Origin: Candidatus Multivorans sp. | Lineage (GTDB): Bacteria; Acidobacteriota; Thermoanaerobaculia; Multivoradales; Multivoraceae | Length of the DNA: 64,000 nt | Reading direction: 5' to 3' | Assembly (NCBI GenBank): GCA_965224025.1 | Contig: OZ245033.1 | Coordinates: forward strand, 3,520,001 to 3,584,000 | In this document: in pieces, positions 62,001 through 64,000 of the stretch | Layout of the letters: the number at the start of each line of letters is the position of its first letter | Position numbering within the stretch: position 1 is the stretch's first letter | Program-made: the position numbers and the translations under genes | Notes under the pieces: generated by a model | The model's database searches: none | What the model was told of the DNA's origin: nothing | What the model saw: the letters and a program-made list of their open reading frames with translations, nothing else

Positions 62001-62287
62001 AGGCCAGAAGCCGCGTATCCCAGGATGCGCTGAACTTCCCGCCGAGGATCGACAACCAGTACGCCTACCTCTACACTCACGTCTTCGGCAACACCGCCCG
62101 GCCGACCGCCGGCGCGCGTCGCCGTTTCGAAGACCTTGAAGCGGAGCTGCAGCCGATCCTCGAAGCGGTGGACGAGTTGACCGGTCGCCGCCTCGAGGAG
62201 CTGAACCGGCGGGCAAGGGAACTGGAAATACCCGCCGTTCAGCCCCCGACCAGCCGCGAAGCAGATCGAGTTCCCGCACAACCGTAA
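59069..62287 (+). CDS. BNR/Asp-box (VPS10/sortilin-like) secreted glycosyl hydrolase-like protein
   Basis: GPSRGGRV, many SxDGGxTW Asp-boxes, RFQWNAP, signal peptide. Confidence 0.9.
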   Translation: MMNVSRLGLSAAVLVVLAVCAGTAWSQTESEPFEGLEFRLVGPSRGGRVTAVAGHTSHPYTFYMGSTGGGVWRTTNAGRTWQNLTDDDFGAGSVGAVAVAPSDQNVIYVGTGSACPRGNVSIGDGMYRSTDAGASWQHIGLERAGAISRIRIHPDDPNRLWVAVLGRIFGSNPERGVYRSTDGGATWEQVLYLSDDAGMADLELDPFNPRTLYAAAWRVERKPWTLIDGSDEGGLFRSTDGGDTWDRLEGGLPIGVLGRIGVSASPARRGRLWTIITAANGRGGIFRSEDHGDSWKKVSDEPELLTRGWYYSHIHADPADPNTVWGANVRFFRSVDGGANWERVSTPHGDNHDLWINPEQPHIIVQANDGGANVSVDGGRSWSTQNNQPTAEFYRVTVDNQFPYRIYGAQQDNSTISVPSRPMPQLTATQHWHSVAGAESGHIAVHPEQSHLVYSGNYLGRIDRYDHRSGAARNMILYPEMQDGTAPRDLRYRFQWNAPILISRHDPDVVYHTSNYVHRTRDGGWTWETISPDLTTDDDEKQGMPGGPVQHDHTGVEVYNTVFALAESPHRAGEIWTGSDDGRIHVSRDDGSTWVDVTPAGMPVDGTVNSIDVSHHDPDRVYVAAYRYRLNDYTPYIFRTEDGGATWTTATAGLPGNHFVRVVREDPEADGLLFAGAEFGLYVSFDRGGAWESFQLNLPRTPVTDLLVHTNAGNPDLVLATQGRSFWVLDDLGVVRELAREQAAGGGRDTPRLFAPEPTVRVDRPGGGGGFVNGASIWFHLPEAPEGPVELTIAPEGSERVLRRFVALPEEDAGQDEDHDDERPRVESFEAEKGLNRIEWDLKDQAPHLVEGAIMSLSYTGGPFLPPGIYRATLEVGSAAEDAEDADETWSDSRTFEVIADPRLDDVTQADLEEQYQMLDGLSARLTAVHDAIAGLRSVRGQADSLGDRLDAAGAGELQPLVDEVAERAKELNDRLIQARSRVSQDALNFPPRIDNQYAYLYTHVFGNTARPTAGARRRFEDLEAELQPILEAVDELTGRRLEELNRRARELEIPAVQPPTSREADRVPAQP

Positions 62288-62292
62288 CCGTC

Positions 62293-64000
62293 ATGCACCG
62301 AATCCCACTCCGGCGCGGCGCCGTCGCGCTGGCCGCCTTTCTTGCGGCCCAGGGCGGCGCCGGGGCTGCGCAGCAGGAGTCCCGTAGCGACCGACCGCAG
62401 CTCCAGGCACATCGACTCCAACAGCAGCCGGTCATCGACGGCGATGTGTTGGGGGAACCCCTCTGGCAACAGGTCGACGCAGCCACCGGCTTCCAGCAGA
62501 CGGAGCCCTTCGAAGGGCAGCCGGCCTCCGAGCGCACCGAAGTCCGGGTCGCCTTCGACGACAGCAACCTCTACATCGCCGCCATCCTCTTCGACAGCGA
62601 TGCCTCGACCCTGGTCATCTCCGACAGCCGGCGCGACGCTTCTCTCAGCGACGAGGACAGCTTCCGCTTCATTCTCGATACCTACGGCGATCGGCAGAAC
62701 GCCTTCATGTTCGGCACAAACGTCGGCGGCATCCAGTACGACGGCCAGGTGACCAACGAGGGGTCCGGCAGCGGCGGTTCGTTCTCCAGCGGGTCCTTTT
62801 CGGGCGCCAACTTGGACTGGGACACCTCCTGGACCGTAAGGACCCGCGTCGGCGATTTCGGATGGAGCGCCGAGATGGCGATTCCCTTCCGCAGCCTCCG
62901 CTTCGACTCGGGGGCCGGGACCTGGGGCGTCAACTTCGAGCGCAACATCCGGCGCAAGAACGAAACCGCGTACTGGGCGCACCTGGCCCGGCAGCACCGT
63001 CTGTACCGCGTGTCCGAGGCCGGCACGCTCGTCGGCCTGGTCGCGCCCCGCCAGCGCAATCTCCAGTTGACCCCGTATGCCGTGTCCTCGACCCGCGACG
63101 ACGGCATCGCCGACCGCGGGTCCGAGTGGGACGGCGGCATGGACATGAAGTACGGCATCACTCCGAGCCTCACCCTCGATGTGACGCTCAACACGGACTT
63201 CGCGCAGGTCGAGGCCGACGATCAGCAAGTCAACCTCGACCGCTTCAGTCTCTTCTTCCCAGAAAAGAGGCCGTTCTTCCTGGAGAACGCAGGCCAGTTC
63301 CGGGTCGGCGGCCGGAGTTCCAGCCGGGGCGGAGTGGAACTCTTCTTCAGCCGGCGGATCGGCCTCGCCGGCGGCCAGCCGGTCCCCATCCTGGGTGGAG
63401 TCCGACTCTCCGGCAAGGCGGGAGGCTTGAACGTGGGCTTCCTGAACATGCAGACCGACGAAGCCGGCGACATTCACGGCAACAACTTCACCGTCGCCCG
63501 GGTGAGCCGCGAATACCGCAACCGTAGCCGTGCGGGCGTGCTCGTCGCCAACCGCCAGGGTACCGGTTCCCTGGCGCCCGACGGCGACTTCAACCGCACC
63601 TACGCGGTCGACGGACAGATCGGGGTCGGCGACTACACCGAGCTCACCGGCTGGGCGGCCCAGACCGAGACGCCGGGGCTCACGGGCCGCGACCACGGTT
63701 TCGGCCTCGGCAGTTCCTACAGCTCGCCGTTCTGGCGCTGGCGGGCCGGCTACACGGAGATCGGCGAGGACTTCAATCCGGAGGTTGGTTTCCTCAGCCG
63801 CTCCGGCTACCGGCAGTTGAACGGCTACGCCCGCCGTCAGTTCCGGCCCGCCGGCGAGGGCCGGGTCAAGGAGTACGGGCCCCGCGTCTACTACGACAAC
63901 TTCTGGGACTTCGACGGTTTTCACCAGACACAGCGCTACTCCATCGGCGGCGAGGTCGAGTTCCGAGGCGGCGCCCAGATCAGCTTCTCGGGCGGCGGCC
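62293..64000 (+). CDS. DUF5916 / carbohydrate-binding family 9-like outer-membrane protein (partial, runs off window)
   Basis: Open from ATG 62293 (MHRIPLRRGAVAL...). PVIDG, GWSAEMAIPFRSLRF, NTDFAQVEAD, FFPEKRPFFLE, FFSRRIG. Confidence 0.85.
   Translation, partial: MHRIPLRRGAVALAAFLAAQGGAGAAQQESRSDRPQLQAHRLQQQPVIDGDVLGEPLWQQVDAATGFQQTEPFEGQPASERTEVRVAFDDSNLYIAAILFDSDASTLVISDSRRDASLSDEDSFRFILDTYGDRQNAFMFGTNVGGIQYDGQVTNEGSGSGGSFSSGSFSGANLDWDTSWTVRTRVGDFGWSAEMAIPFRSLRFDSGAGTWGVNFERNIRRKNETAYWAHLARQHRLYRVSEAGTLVGLVAPRQRNLQLTPYAVSSTRDDGIADRGSEWDGGMDMKYGITPSLTLDVTLNTDFAQVEADDQQVNLDRFSLFFPEKRPFFLENAGQFRVGGRSSSRGGVELFFSRRIGLAGGQPVPILGGVRLSGKAGGLNVGFLNMQTDEAGDIHGNNFTVARVSREYRNRSRAGVLVANRQGTGSLAPDGDFNRTYAVDGQIGVGDYTELTGWAAQTETPGLTGRDHGFGLGSSYSSPFWRWRAGYTEIGEDFNPEVGFLSRSGYRQLNGYARRQFRPAGEGRVKEYGPRVYYDNFWDFDGFHQTQRYSIGGEVEFRGGAQISFSGGG

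Overview
High-GC bacterial DNA with no rRNA, tRNA, CRISPR array, integrase or transposase that I could see. A repeated 'EVLIKVLDxCxVNxHxWxF' surface domain points to Acidobacteriota (Thermoanaerobaculia-like); this is inference. There are four blocks. (1) 36-18706 is a minus-strand cluster of unknown product: three PQQ-like beta-propellers, an Fe-alcohol dehydrogenase, a HemN-like radical SAM enzyme, a flavin-dependent halogenase-like enzyme, DUF3311 plus a Na+/solute symporter, a GT4 glycosyltransferase and an ABC ATPase. It is interrupted by an inverted TonB receptor and a large frameshifted secreted HExxH metallopeptidase. (2) 20430-31972 is a co-oriented defence island: type III Res, DUF4160/DUF2442, Mod with an AT-richer recognition domain, ABC-type ATPase plus DUF4276, a RelE-like/UvrD fusion, and hicBA. 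(3) 32038-50759 holds acyl-CoA and LLM-oxidoreductase catabolism genes, PqaA, MNT-HEPN, a 2OG-Fe(II) oxygenase, a sulfatase, a POT transporter, RecQ and GST. (4) 50900-64000 holds a CHAT protein lacking its catalytic dyad, a Cys-rich lipoprotein with a decayed His-rich TonB receptor, an acyl-CoA dehydrogenase pair, prfC, a two-domain RNase HI, a BNR/VPS10 hydrolase and a DUF5916 gene running off the end. Five copies of one REP-like palindrome family are scattered through the window. Family assignments come from motif recognition by eye, not database searches.
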